Positions 37,215-47,521 of a stretch of DNA of 64,000 nucleotides are shown here, in pieces; the first letter of the stretch is position 1, and the number at the start of each line of letters is the position of its first letter. The notes beneath the pieces were generated by a model. The model was not told the DNA's origin. It saw only the letters and a list, made by a program, of their open reading frames with translations, and searched no databases. Origin of the DNA: Planctomycetota bacterium (GTDB lineage: Bacteria; Planctomycetota; JAJSAM01; JAJVHW01). A program made the translations under genes and the position numbers. The stretch spans positions 1,792,001 to 1,856,000 of the forward strand of contig CBDFJG010000004.1 of assembly GCA_965248445.1 (NCBI GenBank), read 5' to 3'.

Positions 37215-38548
37215 AAGTCCATCGTGCCGCCGATGGCGATGATGTCGACCTTCGCGGCGTAGGAGCCGTCGATCGTGCTTCCCGTCGACTCCGTGACGTG
37301 CGTGTGCGCGCTGTCGACCCAGATGTGCGTGTAGCCGATGTGGAGCCGCAGATCCTCGTTGAACTGGTAGCTCGCGCCCACCGCCAGCCACGTGCGGTCC
37401 GAGCCGGGAATGCGCGGGCTGCGCGTGTGGTGCTTCGTCGGGCTCTGGTCGTAGGCCACGCCGGCGCGGAGGGTCCACTCGTCGTTGACCTCGTACTCTG
37501 CCCCCACGGCGAACTTCGTGGTGTCGTCCCACGAAAGCGGCAGGACGGAGTCGGGCTGCGCCGGGTTGTCGAACTTGATCCGCAGCGTGCGAAGCCTGCT
37601 CCAGCGCGTCCAGCTCACGTCGGCCATGATCGACAGCTTCTCGTCGATGCGGCGCCACGCGGAGATCGACGCGGTCTCGGGGAGAACCGCGCGGGCCGTG
37701 ACGTCGGTCTTGGCGAACGCGCCTGTCGCCAGGATCGGAGCGGCCTCCGGGGGTGCCACGAACTCGGCGTCTCCCTCGAGTTCATGGGAGATCTTGGACC
37801 GGAAGTGCACGCCGAATCGCGTGTCCTCGTCGTGCTCGTACAGCACGCCGACGTTGTAGCCAAAGCTGATGTCGTCACCCTGGATGTTGGCCTTGCCGTC
37901 ACTCTTCTGAGGCTTGAGCCCGAGCGCGGCCGCCGGTGCCGGGCCGAGCGCTCCCACGGCGATGGCACCGAAGTCGACCGCCTGCGTCAGCTGCGCTTCG
38001 ACGTACTGGATGTCGATGCCGAGGCCCACCGACCACTGCTCGTCGATGCGGTAGGCGACTGTGGGCTGGATGTTGATCGTCTTGAGGTCGGACGTGCCCG
38101 CGTGGTAGCGGCCGATCCACGTGCGGTTGTATTCGGTCTTCAGACCGAACGGTGTGTTGACACCCAGTCCGATGGCCCACTTGTCGTTGATCGGCATGCC
38201 GACGTAGAAGGCAGGCAGCCACGCGCCGTTGGCGACATCACCGCCCTCCGCACCGCTGAGCGGCGTGCCGAACCCATCGACCGACTTGTCGTTGTCGAAG
38301 TGGCCGGAGGCGCGGATCCAGGCGATCGCCTGGCTGGTCTGACGCTTCTTCAGCCGGGTGAGCCCCGCGGGATTGAAGAAGATCGTCTCGACGTCGTCTG
38401 CGAGCGCGGCGCCGCCGGCGAACGCGCTACCGAGTCCGCGCGCGCTCTGCTCGGCGAGTTGGAACCCGGACGCCTCGGCGTTCGCAGCGCCAAGCGCCAG
38501 CGCAGCCATGCCGATGCCCGCCACGACTGCTCGAGAGCGTGCCCTCAT
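37211..38548 (-). CDS. fadL: FadL/OmpP1-family outer-membrane long-chain fatty acid transporter
   Basis: SGFQLAEQSARGLGSAFAG, FFNPAGLT, PFGLKTEY, LRAGVAYDQSP, C-terminal F. Confidence 0.93.
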   Translation of the reverse strand: MRARSRAVVAGIGMAALALGAANAEASGFQLAEQSARGLGSAFAGGAALADDVETIFFNPAGLTRLKKRQTSQAIAWIRASGHFDNDKSVDGFGTPLSGAEGGDVANGAWLPAFYVGMPINDKWAIGLGVNTPFGLKTEYNRTWIGRYHAGTSDLKTINIQPTVAYRIDEQWSVGLGIDIQYVEAQLTQAVDFGAIAVGALGPAPAAALGLKPQKSDGKANIQGDDISFGYNVGVLYEHDEDTRFGVHFRSKISHELEGDAEFVAPPEAAPILATGAFAKTDVTARAVLPETASISAWRRIDEKLSIMADVSWTRWSRLRTLRIKFDNPAQPDSVLPLSWDDTTKFAVGAEYEVNDEWTLRAGVAYDQSPTKHHTRSPRIPGSDRTWLAVGASYQFNEDLRLHIGYTHIWVDSAHTHVTESTGSTIDGSYAAKVDIIAIGGTMDF

Positions 38549-38653
38549 TGGTGTCTCCCGGAAATGGAACACCCTCCCCGCCGCGACGTACTGTACGCAG
38601 GGGCCGCCCGGCGGGTAAAGGTCCGATGCGCGCCGCGTTGCCGTCCCGACGCG

Positions 38654-39520
38654 TCAGCGCGCGGCCGGGGGGCGGTGACTCCAGAGGGGCGAACGGGCAG
38701 CGTCGCCCACGATGCGGACCGGCTCGGCGCCCGGCACGCAGGCGTAGCCGGACAGATCGGTGACCCCCACCTCGGCCAGGGCCTCTTCGTCGAGCATCGC
38801 GCGGCCGGAGACCTCGCCGCACGGCCGGCTGACGATCGCCAGAGTCGCGTCCGCGACGACCGCGGGCTTGCGCCACATGGCAGGCGTCCCGATGCCGTGG
38901 TGGATCGTCGCCTGCGACTCGACGAGCGTGGCGGGCCAGAGCGCCGTCACCGCGATCCCGTCCGCGCGCACCTCCTGGGCCAGCCCGTGAGCGATCAGCG
39001 TCATCCCGAATTTCGAGATGCAGTACCCGACCCTTCCCGGCGACATGCCCGGATCGATGGCCGGGGAGAACACGAGGATGTGGCCCCCGCCCGCGGCACG
39101 GAGATGGGGCAGCGCCTCCCGCGAGAGGATGAACGCCGCACGGGCGTTCACGTCCATCACCAGATCGAAGCGTTTGGTGGGCGTGCTCTCCATGGTGTCC
39201 CACCAGAGAGCGCCGGCGTTGTTCACCACGATGTCGATTCGACCGAGTCCCGCGGCCGTCTGCTCGACCAGGTCTCGCAGATCGTCCTCCTTGCGGACGT
39301 TGGTGCGCACCGCAAGAGCCCGGCGCCCCAGCCCGGTGATTGCCTCGGCCGTCTCGCGGATCGATCCCGGCGTGCGTTCCTCGCTCGTGACGGTGCGCGC
39401 GGCCACCGCGACGTCCGCGCCCGCCTCCGCGAGTCTCACCGCAACGGCGCGACCGATGCCGCGGGACGCGCCCGTCACGATCGCGACGCGGCCGGTCAGA
39501 TCCGGAAGATCTTGAAGCAT
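38654..39520 (-). CDS. SDR oxidoreductase (HSDL2-like)
   Basis: TGASRGIG, NNAGA, KRFDLVMDVN.R, YCISKFGM, ALWP.T. Confidence 0.9.
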   Translation of the reverse strand: MLQDLPDLTGRVAIVTGASRGIGRAVAVRLAEAGADVAVAARTVTSEERTPGSIRETAEAITGLGRRALAVRTNVRKEDDLRDLVEQTAAGLGRIDIVVNNAGALWWDTMESTPTKRFDLVMDVNARAAFILSREALPHLRAAGGGHILVFSPAIDPGMSPGRVGYCISKFGMTLIAHGLAQEVRADGIAVTALWPATLVESQATIHHGIGTPAMWRKPAVVADATLAIVSRPCGEVSGRAMLDEEALAEVGVTDLSGYACVPGAEPVRIVGDAARSPLWSHRPPAAR

Positions 39521-39560
39521 GCGCAACAGGGTCGCCGCAACGTCACCGATGCGCCACACG

Positions 39561-40478
39561 TCATCGGGAGAGCTTGGTCAGCAGGAGCCCGAGCCATCCG
39601 TGCGCGAGTCGCAGCCGAAACGTCAGATCGCGCTTCGCAGGGAGCAGTTCGTACCCGCGTCGCGCCATCTCGTCGCCGCACACGTGCTGGATCACGGCGA
39701 GATCGCGGTCGGGCTTCGACAAGCGCTTTCGCCACTTGTCGACGCCCGCCGCGGAGACCGGACCGCCGGCCTGCGCCGCCCCCGCGTCCGTCTTGATCCC
39801 GGCGAACCCCGACTGCACGGCCATCAAGCTGGGATCGAATCGCAAGCCCAAGAACTCGGAGATCCGCTGGAGCATCGCGTCAGGATCCTGCACGAACTCC
39901 TCGTAGGAGACGCCCACGGCGTCCGGCCGATCAACGAGGCGGCCTGCCGACTCCCGCCAGAGCCGCGCGGCGGCGTACACGTTCGACGTCGCCCACGAGC
40001 AGTGCTTGAGACTCGAAGCGACGGCGCGCGGATCACGCACGAGGTGGATGAAGCGCGCCTCGGGGAAGTCCTCGAGGATCGAGTCACGCCGGAACACGTG
40101 CGGCGGCGACTTCTCGCACCACAACAGTGCGTTCGGATCTCCCGAGCCGGTGTCCTCGGAGTACCGCGAGACGGTCAGTTCGAAGATGCGCCGCCAGGTC
40201 GTCCCGTCTGCGGCGATGTCCGATCGCAGCCGCGGAAGGTCGATCGTCCAGCGTCCGATCTTCTGGTCGGCGATCCACGCATCCGCGACGGTCGCGCGAT
40301 CGCCCGGGCGGGACAAGTCGCGAGACGCCTGACGCTCCTTGAACACCCAGAAGTTCGTCTCGGGCAGGCTGATCATCCCGGGGATGCGGCCGAGCGTCAG
40401 GCTGAGCATGGTTGAACCCGAACGGGCAGCGCTCATGACGAACACGGGCGCAGACGAGGTTGCGGGTGTGTCGGACAT
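39561..40478 (-). CDS. sulfotransferase family protein
   Basis: PAPS motif ARSGSTML, WCEKSP.H, FIHLVRDPRAV..S, YEEFVQDP. Confidence 0.88.
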   Translation of the reverse strand: MSDTPATSSAPVFVMSAARSGSTMLSLTLGRIPGMISLPETNFWVFKERQASRDLSRPGDRATVADAWIADQKIGRWTIDLPRLRSDIAADGTTWRRIFELTVSRYSEDTGSGDPNALLWCEKSPPHVFRRDSILEDFPEARFIHLVRDPRAVASSLKHCSWATSNVYAAARLWRESAGRLVDRPDAVGVSYEEFVQDPDAMLQRISEFLGLRFDPSLMAVQSGFAGIKTDAGAAQAGGPVSAAGVDKWRKRLSKPDRDLAVIQHVCGDEMARRGYELLPAKRDLTFRLRLAHGWLGLLLTKLSR

Positions 40479-40534
40479 GGCTCGCGGGAGTATGCCAGAC
40501 GCGGAGTTCGCCCGGCGCGAGATCAGTGCGGGCG

Positions 40535-41326
40535 TCAGACCTGCCAGCCGTACTGGCGTCGCAACAGGTCCAGGAACTCGCTCTTCTTGTCGCCGAGCGC
40601 CCGGAACTGGTCCTTGCCGTCGTCGTGGATCAGCACCGGGGTGATGGATGCCCGCAGGTCCCAGCCCATGCGGTGGTGCGCGATGTAGCAGAGCCAAACG
40701 TCCTCGATGAACCGATACCGGTCGGGGCACTCGAGCGTGTCATCGCGGAGAAACACCGCGGTGTCCGCCACGAACCCTGCGACTCCGGTGTAGTGGGCCG
40801 GCTCGCCCGGCATGGCGCGGTCGCGATCCCAGTAGTTCCCGCCGGGACGGAAGCGCCACGACCAGTGCGATCGCATCGTGCCCGGAGTCGCCTCTCTCGT
40901 GAAGCCCGCGAGACCCCAGTCGTTCGCGAACACGACGTCGTCGTCGATGAAGATCACGAACGGCTCGTCGGGCGCAAGGCGCCGCGCGAGTCGGAAGCGT
41001 CCCTCACCGCCGATGTTCTCGTCACTGTGATGAACGCGCGTCTCGATGGTCTTCGCCGACGCGAGAATCCGGTCGATCTCGTCGCGCGCGAGCGTGTTGT
41101 TGTTCCACACGCAGAGGAGCGGCCGCTCCACCCCGCGCTGGCGCTCGAGCATGGCGATCGTGCGCGGGAGGTGCTCGATGCGCTGCCACGTGCACATCAC
41201 GACCGGAATGCGCTTCGCCTTGCCGCGCAAGAGCGTCCGCAGCCGTAGACGCAAGCCGAAGAGACGCCGCGCCGCCCAGCGCCGGGCGCGCGTCGCTAAG
41301 GTCAAGTCATCACGCGCTCCCGACAC
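40535..41326 (-). CDS. GT-A-fold glycosyltransferase-like protein
   Basis: IPVVMCTWQR, VWNNN, IFIDDDV (DxD), EDVWL. Confidence 0.7.
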   Translation of the reverse strand: MSGARDDLTLATRARRWAARRLFGLRLRLRTLLRGKAKRIPVVMCTWQRIEHLPRTIAMLERQRGVERPLLCVWNNNTLARDEIDRILASAKTIETRVHHSDENIGGEGRFRLARRLAPDEPFVIFIDDDVVFANDWGLAGFTREATPGTMRSHWSWRFRPGGNYWDRDRAMPGEPAHYTGVAGFVADTAVFLRDDTLECPDRYRFIEDVWLCYIAHHRMGWDLRASITPVLIHDDGKDQFRALGDKKSEFLDLLRRQYGWQV

Positions 41327-41405
41327 GCCGCGATCGTAGCGGCGGCCACTTGCACGCTGGCACGTGATTCGTGCTCTCCACCACAGAGCGGTGCCGGTCG
41401 AGGGA

Positions 41406-43208
41406 CTATTGGAACGGATAGCCGTCGCGGTCGATCACACTCTTGGCGAGGAGGCGTCCTTCGGCGCGGACCTCGAACGGCTCGCGGCGGGTCAACTTGC
41501 GGAGCATCGCGAGCATGCTGCGCCGTTCCTCGCCTTCGGCGCTGGCGGACAGTACCTGCCGACCGGCGGCCACGACCTGTCCGAAGCCGTGCTCGATCGC
41601 CAGACGAGCGGCGGCCCGACGGGCACGACCCTCGTTCTCGGCGAGTTCGGCCTCCGTCGCGGCTGCTCGCAGGACCGCCGTCTCCATCGCGAACGTCTGG
41701 ATGACCATGTCGGCTAGCCACGCGAGCACCTCTTGCTCCTCGGAGAGGCGCGTCAGGAACTTCTGCCCCGCCACACCGGAGCAGAAGAGCGTCATCTTGC
41801 GGGCGGCCTCCGTCGCCGCGAGTTCATGGCCGAAGGAGTCGGTCGGCTCCTCGCGCCGCGTGCGGCGGCTCATCAGTTCGTCGGTGACCTGCTTGACGGC
41901 GCCGAGAAGCGGCAACTCGCCGCCGAGCGCCCGCCGCAAGAGCGTGCCGGTCACGAGCATCCGGTTGATCTCGCTGGTGCCTTCCCAGATGCGGTTGATG
42001 CGCGCATCTCGGAACTGCCGCTCGGCGGGGTACTCCTGCACGTAGCCGTAGCCGCCGTGCACCTGAAGCATCTCGTCGACGACGAAGTCGAGCGCCTCAC
42101 TCGCGTACACCTTGTTCACGGAGCACTCGACCGACAGTTCCTTGAGTGCGGCAACAGTGGCCCGCGATGCATCGGTCTCCCCCGCGGCATACGACGCCGC
42201 GATGTGGTCGTCGATCAAACCCGCGGTGCGATAGACCATGCTCTCCGCGCAGTAGATCCGCATGGCCGCCGCGGCGAGCTTCTGCTGGATCAACGGGAAC
42301 TCGACGATCGGCCGGCCGAACTGCTGACGCTCCTGCGCGTAGCGCGTGCCGGTCTGGAGCGAGATCTTCGCGCCTCCCAGAACCGCCGGCGCGAGCTTCA
42401 GGCGCCCGATGTTCAGCACATTGAAGGCGATGCGGTGGCCCTTACCGACGTCTCCGAGCACATTCTCCGCGGGTACTGCCACGTCGGCGAACGACAGCGC
42501 GCAGGTGGACGAACCGGAGAGGCCGAGCTTCTTCTCTTCGGGCCCGACGTCGAACCCGGACGCACCCGCCTCGACGATGAACGCGGTGAACTGCTCGCCG
42601 TCCACCTTCGCGAACACGATGAACAGGTCCGCGAATCCGGCATTGGTGATGAACTGTTTCGAACCGTTCAGCAGATAAACGCCGCGCTCGTCGTCCCAAA
42701 TCGCCGTCGTGCGCGCGGACAGCGCGTCGGAGCCGCTGCCGGCCTCGGTCAGGCCATAGGCGGTGATGATCTCGCCGGTCAGGATCTTGTCGAGGTACCG
42801 GGTGCGCTGCTCATCGGTGCCGAAGTAGAGGATCGGCAGACCGCCGATGCCGGTCTGCACCATGACGGCCGGCGCGAACGACCCGCCGAGACCGACCTTC
42901 TCGGCCACGAGCATCGCCGTGCGCTTGGAGGCACCCAGGCCGCCGAGGGCTTCGGGGACGTCCACCGAGAACACTCCGAGTTCTCCCGCCGCGCGGACGA
43001 GGCCCTCGAGAACTCCGTCCTCGTGGGCGTCGATGCGGTCGTGCACGGTCAGCACGCTCTCACGCACGAACTCCTCGACCGACGCGGCGAGCATGCGCGC
43101 GTCCTCGTCGAAGTGCTCGGGCACGAACACTGTCGAGGCGTCACCCGGTCCAAGGAGGAAGGAACCGGAGACGATCGGGTTGGTGCGTTTCGCCGGGGTG
43201 GCGGTCAT
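41406..43208 (-). CDS. fadE: acyl-CoA dehydrogenase (Bacillus FadE-like)
   Basis: YGLTEAGSGSDA, NGSKQFITN, LNIGRLKL, QVHGGYGY..EYP.ER..RDARINRIWEGT.EINR. Confidence 0.92.
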   Translation of the reverse strand: MTATPAKRTNPIVSGSFLLGPGDASTVFVPEHFDEDARMLAASVEEFVRESVLTVHDRIDAHEDGVLEGLVRAAGELGVFSVDVPEALGGLGASKRTAMLVAEKVGLGGSFAPAVMVQTGIGGLPILYFGTDEQRTRYLDKILTGEIITAYGLTEAGSGSDALSARTTAIWDDERGVYLLNGSKQFITNAGFADLFIVFAKVDGEQFTAFIVEAGASGFDVGPEEKKLGLSGSSTCALSFADVAVPAENVLGDVGKGHRIAFNVLNIGRLKLAPAVLGGAKISLQTGTRYAQERQQFGRPIVEFPLIQQKLAAAAMRIYCAESMVYRTAGLIDDHIAASYAAGETDASRATVAALKELSVECSVNKVYASEALDFVVDEMLQVHGGYGYVQEYPAERQFRDARINRIWEGTSEINRMLVTGTLLRRALGGELPLLGAVKQVTDELMSRRTRREEPTDSFGHELAATEAARKMTLFCSGVAGQKFLTRLSEEQEVLAWLADMVIQTFAMETAVLRAAATEAELAENEGRARRAAARLAIEHGFGQVVAAGRQVLSASAEGEERRSMLAMLRKLTRREPFEVRAEGRLLAKSVIDRDGYPFQ

Positions 43209-43212
43209 CCGA

Positions 43213-44409
43213 TCAGCTCTCCCGCTCGAAGAGTCCGGCTGCGCCCATGCCGCCGCCGACACACATGCTCACGACGCCGAAGCGCCCGTCCCGCCGTGCC
43301 ATCTCGTGCAACAGGGTGGCGGTCAGCTTCGCGCCGGTCGCGCCGAGCGGGTGTCCCAGCGCGATTCCCCCGCCGTTCACGTTGAGTTTGTCGCGCGGGA
43401 TCACGAGTTCCCGCGCGCAGTGGACGGCCTGTGAGGCGAACGCCTCGTTGACCTCGAACAGGTCGATGTCGCCGATCGTCAGCCCGTTGCGCTCGAGGAG
43501 TGCCGGGATTGCGACTGCCGGGCCGATGCCCATCACCTCAGGAGCCACACCGACGACTACGAAGTCGCGCAGCACCCCGAGCGGGGTCATTCCTGCCTGC
43601 TCGGCACGCGCGCGGCTGGTGACCAGCGCCGCCGCCGCTCCGTCGCTCATCTGCGAGGAGTTCCCCGCCGTGACGGTGCCGCGGACGTTGAACGCCGGGC
43701 GCAGCTTCGCGAGTGCGTCGAGACTCGTGTCGGCACGCGGACCTTCGTCCGTGTCGAACGTGACACGAGTCTCCAGGGACTCGCCGCGCGGTCCTGGGCG
43801 CTTCGAGACGACGTCGAGCGCGATGATCTCATCGGCGAACTTCCCGGCCGCGATGGCCGCGAGGGCCTTCTCATGTGACTTCAGCGCAAACGCATCCTGT
43901 GTCTCGCGCGTGATCCCGTACTGCTCCGCCACGATCTCCGCTGTGTTGCCCATTCCGATGTAGGCGTGCGGCTGCTCGAGGACGAGGCGGGGGTTCGGCC
44001 GCACCTGCGCGCCGCCCATGGGCACCAGCGACATGCTCTCGGTCCCGCCGGCGAGGATCGCCGTGGCGCCGCCGGTTCGAATCCGGTCGGCGGCCTGTGC
44101 GATCGCCTGCAGACCGCTCGCGCAGAAGCGGTTGACTGTCATGCCGGGCACGGCGTGCGGGAACCCGGCACGCAGCGAGGCCATCCGCGCGACGTTCAGT
44201 CCCTGCGGTCCCTCCGGCATCGCACAGCCGAGGATGACGTCGTCGATCGCGTCCGCGTCGATGCCCGGGGCGCGTTCGAACGCAGCGATGAGAACCGCAG
44301 CGGCCATGTCGTCCGGGCGCGTCTCGCGCAGCGTTCCACGCGGCGCCTTGCCGACGGCAGTGCGCACCGCGCTGACGATGACGGCGTCGTTGGCGTTTTT
44401 GTCGGTCAT
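43213..44409 (-). CDS. fadA: acetyl-CoA C-acyltransferase (thiolase)
   Basis: NRFCASG, NEAFASQ, GGIALGHPLGATG, MCVGGGMG. Confidence 0.95.
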   Translation of the reverse strand: MTDKNANDAVIVSAVRTAVGKAPRGTLRETRPDDMAAAVLIAAFERAPGIDADAIDDVILGCAMPEGPQGLNVARMASLRAGFPHAVPGMTVNRFCASGLQAIAQAADRIRTGGATAILAGGTESMSLVPMGGAQVRPNPRLVLEQPHAYIGMGNTAEIVAEQYGITRETQDAFALKSHEKALAAIAAGKFADEIIALDVVSKRPGPRGESLETRVTFDTDEGPRADTSLDALAKLRPAFNVRGTVTAGNSSQMSDGAAAALVTSRARAEQAGMTPLGVLRDFVVVGVAPEVMGIGPAVAIPALLERNGLTIGDIDLFEVNEAFASQAVHCARELVIPRDKLNVNGGGIALGHPLGATGAKLTATLLHEMARRDGRFGVVSMCVGGGMGAAGLFERES

Positions 44410-44411
44410 CG

Positions 44412-46817
44412 TCAGTTCCTCAATGCCTTGCCGGTCTTCAGGATGTGCTCCATGCGCGCGAGCGTCTCGTCGTTGCCGCAGAGGCTCATGAACGCCTCGC
44501 GTTCGAGTTCGAGCAGATAGTCCTCGGAGACTCTCGACGACGCGCTCACCTCGCCGCCGCACAGCACCCACGCGAGCCTGTCGCCGAGCACCTTCTCGTA
44601 CGCGGTGATGAACCCGCCCAGCGCCATGTTGTGGAGGCCCGCGCGAATGGCGGCGAGACCGGGCTCCCCGACGACGCGGATGTCGGTGCGGGGCCGCGGG
44701 GCCTCGTAGCCGGCGACGTCGAGGGCCCTCACCCGCCGCTTCGCCTCGTGGATCAGCAGTTCGCCGTTGACGACAACCCCGTCCGTCGAGCGCAGGAAAC
44801 CGTAGTTCTGCGCCTCGACCGCGCTCGTCGCGACACGAGCCATGCCGACGGTCTCGAACACGCGCTGCACGTGTGGGAAGAGATCGATGTCGGCGCCACG
44901 GGGCAGCGACTCGTCGATGCGGCGGACCAGTTCCTTGCAGCCGCCGCCGGCCGGGATCACGCCGGCGCCGAGCTCAACCAGGCCGATGTACGTCTCCGCC
45001 GCAGCCACGACCGCGTCGCCGCCGAGCACGACCTCACACCCGCCGCCGAGCGTGAGCCCGCGTGGCGCCACGACCACCGGACGCTTGGCGAATCGCAGGC
45101 GGAAAGTCGCGTGCTGGAAGCGCTCGACCATCCACAGGACGTCGTCGTAGTTGTCGTCGTCGAGTTCGCTCAGGATCAGCAGGAGGTTCGCGCCCGCGCA
45201 GAAGTTCGCGGCGTCGTTGCCGACCACGAGACCACGCCAGCGCTCCTCCACCTCGTCCACCGACTTCTCGAGCATCTCGATGACGCCCGGTCCGATGGTG
45301 TTCATCTTCGTGTGGAACTCGAGGCACGCGACGTCGTCGCCGAGATCGATCAGCGTCGCGTCGGGCGATTCGAGGATCGTCTTGCCGGCGTCCTTCAGGT
45401 CCGCGAGCACGACGAAGTCGCTGTTGCGGGGTACCAGGGCCCCATCGCCCGAGGCGGCGTCGAAGAAGGACACTCGGCCCTGCTCGCGCTCGTAGAACGA
45501 CTCGCGCCCCGCGTCGAGCATCTGTTGCACGATCGGCGGCACGGAGTGCCCTTCGGCTGCCATCCGCTCGCACGTCTTGCGGACGCCGAGCGCGTCCCAC
45601 ACCTGGAACGGCCCGATCTCCCAGCCGAAACCCCAGCGCATCGCCCGGTCCACTTTCACGACGTCGTCGGCGATCTCGGGGATGCAGGAGGCGGCGTAGC
45701 GAAGTGTCGCTGAGATGTTTTCCCACAGGAACTCGCCGGCGCGGTCCTTCGCGAACACGAGCGTCTTCAGGCGCTCGGTCAGATCCTCCATGCCGCGGGC
45801 CATGCCGAGCGACGGGATGTTCACCTTGCCCTGTTCGACGTACCGGCCGTTCACCCAGTCGAACATCAGGATGACGCGCTCACCGTCCTTCTTCGACTTG
45901 CGATAGAAGCCCGCTCCCGTCTTCGCACCGAGCGCCCCGGAGTCGATCAGGCCGAGCATGAAGGGCGGCGGCACGAACAGCTCGCGGTGCGAATCGAACG
46001 GCAGGCGGTCGTACAGGTTCCTCGCGACGTGCGCGAGCGTATCCAGGCCGACGAGACCCACAGTGCGGAACGTGGCGCTCTTGGCCCGCCCCACCGCCTT
46101 TCCGGTCAGCTTGTCGATCTCCGCGACGGTGTAGCCCTTCTCCACCATCAGATGGATGGCGTGGAACACGCCGAAGACACCGATGCGGTTCGCGATGAAG
46201 TTGGGCGTGTCCTTGGCGTGCACGATTCCCTTGCCGAGCACGCGCTCGCCGAACTCGGTCATGAACGACAGCACCTCGTCCGACGTGTCCGGGCCACGCA
46301 CCAGCTCGAGCAGCTTCAGATACCGCGGTGGGTTGAAGAAGTGCGTCACGAGGAAGCGCGGGCGCAGTCCCTCGGGAAGCGCACCCGACAGCTCCTCCGC
46401 GGACAGCCCCGACGTGTTCGAGGAGAGGATGGCGTGCTCCGATACGTGCGGCGCGATCCGCTCGTAGAGCGACTTCTTGATGTCGAGGTTCTCGATGATC
46501 GCCTCGACGATCCAGTCGCAGTCCGCGAGCCGCGCGACGTCGTCGTCGAAGTTTCCGACGTCGACGAGCGCCGCCCCGCCGGGGGCGAAGAATGCGGCCG
46601 GCTTGGCGCGGGTGGCGGCCTTCAGCCCGGCGCGGGCGCGGGCGCTCGGGTCCGGGCCGTCCGACTTCAGGTCGAGCAGGAGCGTCGGGATACCGACGTT
46701 CGCGAGGTGCGCCGCGATGGCGGCCCCCATCACGCCGGAGCCGAGCACGGCTGCCCGTTCGACGCTCCGCACTCCTCCAGTCCCAGTTGACCCGGTGCCG
46801 GTCGTCGCCTCAGACAT
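44412..46817 (-). CDS. fadN: 3-hydroxyacyl-CoA dehydrogenase/enoyl-CoA hydratase (FadN-type)
   Basis: GSGVMG..IAAH.AN, SNTSG, HFFNPPRYLKLLE, FCAGANL, LGGGCE. Confidence 0.92.
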   Translation of the reverse strand: MSEATTGTGSTGTGGVRSVERAAVLGSGVMGAAIAAHLANVGIPTLLLDLKSDGPDPSARARAGLKAATRAKPAAFFAPGGAALVDVGNFDDDVARLADCDWIVEAIIENLDIKKSLYERIAPHVSEHAILSSNTSGLSAEELSGALPEGLRPRFLVTHFFNPPRYLKLLELVRGPDTSDEVLSFMTEFGERVLGKGIVHAKDTPNFIANRIGVFGVFHAIHLMVEKGYTVAEIDKLTGKAVGRAKSATFRTVGLVGLDTLAHVARNLYDRLPFDSHRELFVPPPFMLGLIDSGALGAKTGAGFYRKSKKDGERVILMFDWVNGRYVEQGKVNIPSLGMARGMEDLTERLKTLVFAKDRAGEFLWENISATLRYAASCIPEIADDVVKVDRAMRWGFGWEIGPFQVWDALGVRKTCERMAAEGHSVPPIVQQMLDAGRESFYEREQGRVSFFDAASGDGALVPRNSDFVVLADLKDAGKTILESPDATLIDLGDDVACLEFHTKMNTIGPGVIEMLEKSVDEVEERWRGLVVGNDAANFCAGANLLLILSELDDDNYDDVLWMVERFQHATFRLRFAKRPVVVAPRGLTLGGGCEVVLGGDAVVAAAETYIGLVELGAGVIPAGGGCKELVRRIDESLPRGADIDLFPHVQRVFETVGMARVATSAVEAQNYGFLRSTDGVVVNGELLIHEAKRRVRALDVAGYEAPRPRTDIRVVGEPGLAAIRAGLHNMALGGFITAYEKVLGDRLAWVLCGGEVSASSRVSEDYLLELEREAFMSLCGNDETLARMEHILKTGKALRN

Positions 46818-47485
46818 CACTTGCCCTCCGCCGCGAGGGCGCGCGTCAGCATGTCACCGACGGGCGCGACGTGTTGCATCAGATCGAGCCGCTTCTTGGC
46901 GCGCACCCAGCTCGTGACAGCCTCGTCGAGCCCCCCGAACACGACCTGGCGCGCGAGATGGACGTCGAGCGCAGCGTCGAACTCGCCGCACGACACGCCA
47001 CTCCGCACGACGCTCTCGATCACCTGGAAGTAGTCGAGCACCGTCTCGCGAATGCCCTCACGCAGCACCGGATCGGCGTCGCGCAGGTGGATCTGAAAGA
47101 CGGCCGCGAGCGCGCGGTCATCCTCGAAGAACCCGAAGTGCAACTCGACCAGGCGGCGCAGGCGAGCTGTGCCTGCGGCGGTCTCGGCGAGCGCGGGGCG
47201 GCAGCGCTCGATGTAGCCCCCGAGGTGTCGCTCCACCAGGCGGACGAGCAGGTCCTGCTTCCGCTTGACGTAGAGGTAGATCGTCCCAGTGGCGACGCCG
47301 GCGGCCGCCGCGACGTCGGCGATCGTGCTCCCGTGGTAGCCGCTCTTGGCGAACACATCCACGGCCGCGCGGAGGATGCGCCCCTCCTTGCCGTTCTTGG
47401 GAACTCCGTTCCCCTTCGCAGGGAGCGGAGCGGCCGAAGGCGCGGCGGCCTCGGGCTCGCCAGCAGGAACTGAATGAACATTCAT
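46817..47485 (-). CDS. TetR-family regulator (Bacillus FadR-like)
   Basis: HTH IADVAAAAGVATGTIYLY. First gene of the fad operon. Confidence 0.88.
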   Translation of the reverse strand: MNVHSVPAGEPEAAAPSAAPLPAKGNGVPKNGKEGRILRAAVDVFAKSGYHGSTIADVAAAAGVATGTIYLYVKRKQDLLVRLVERHLGGYIERCRPALAETAAGTARLRRLVELHFGFFEDDRALAAVFQIHLRDADPVLREGIRETVLDYFQVIESVVRSGVSCGEFDAALDVHLARQVVFGGLDEAVTSWVRAKKRLDLMQHVAPVGDMLTRALAAEGK

Positions 47486-47521
47486 TCAGTACAGTATGGG
47501 GCACGCCGGTGGCGACGTCAA
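47469..47521 (-). promoter_or_regulatory. sigma70-like promoter and FadR-box-like operator
   Basis: TTGACG-17-CATACT and palindrome ACTGAATGAACATTCATTCAGT (47469..47490). Confidence 0.8.

Noticed and set aside
37160..39796. 878-aa plus-strand ORF and many other long Arg/Ala-rich ORFs (e.g. 6903..8900, 41733..43385, 49689..51617)
   Set aside because: They are antisense or off-frame shadows of well-supported genes, as expected in high-GC DNA.
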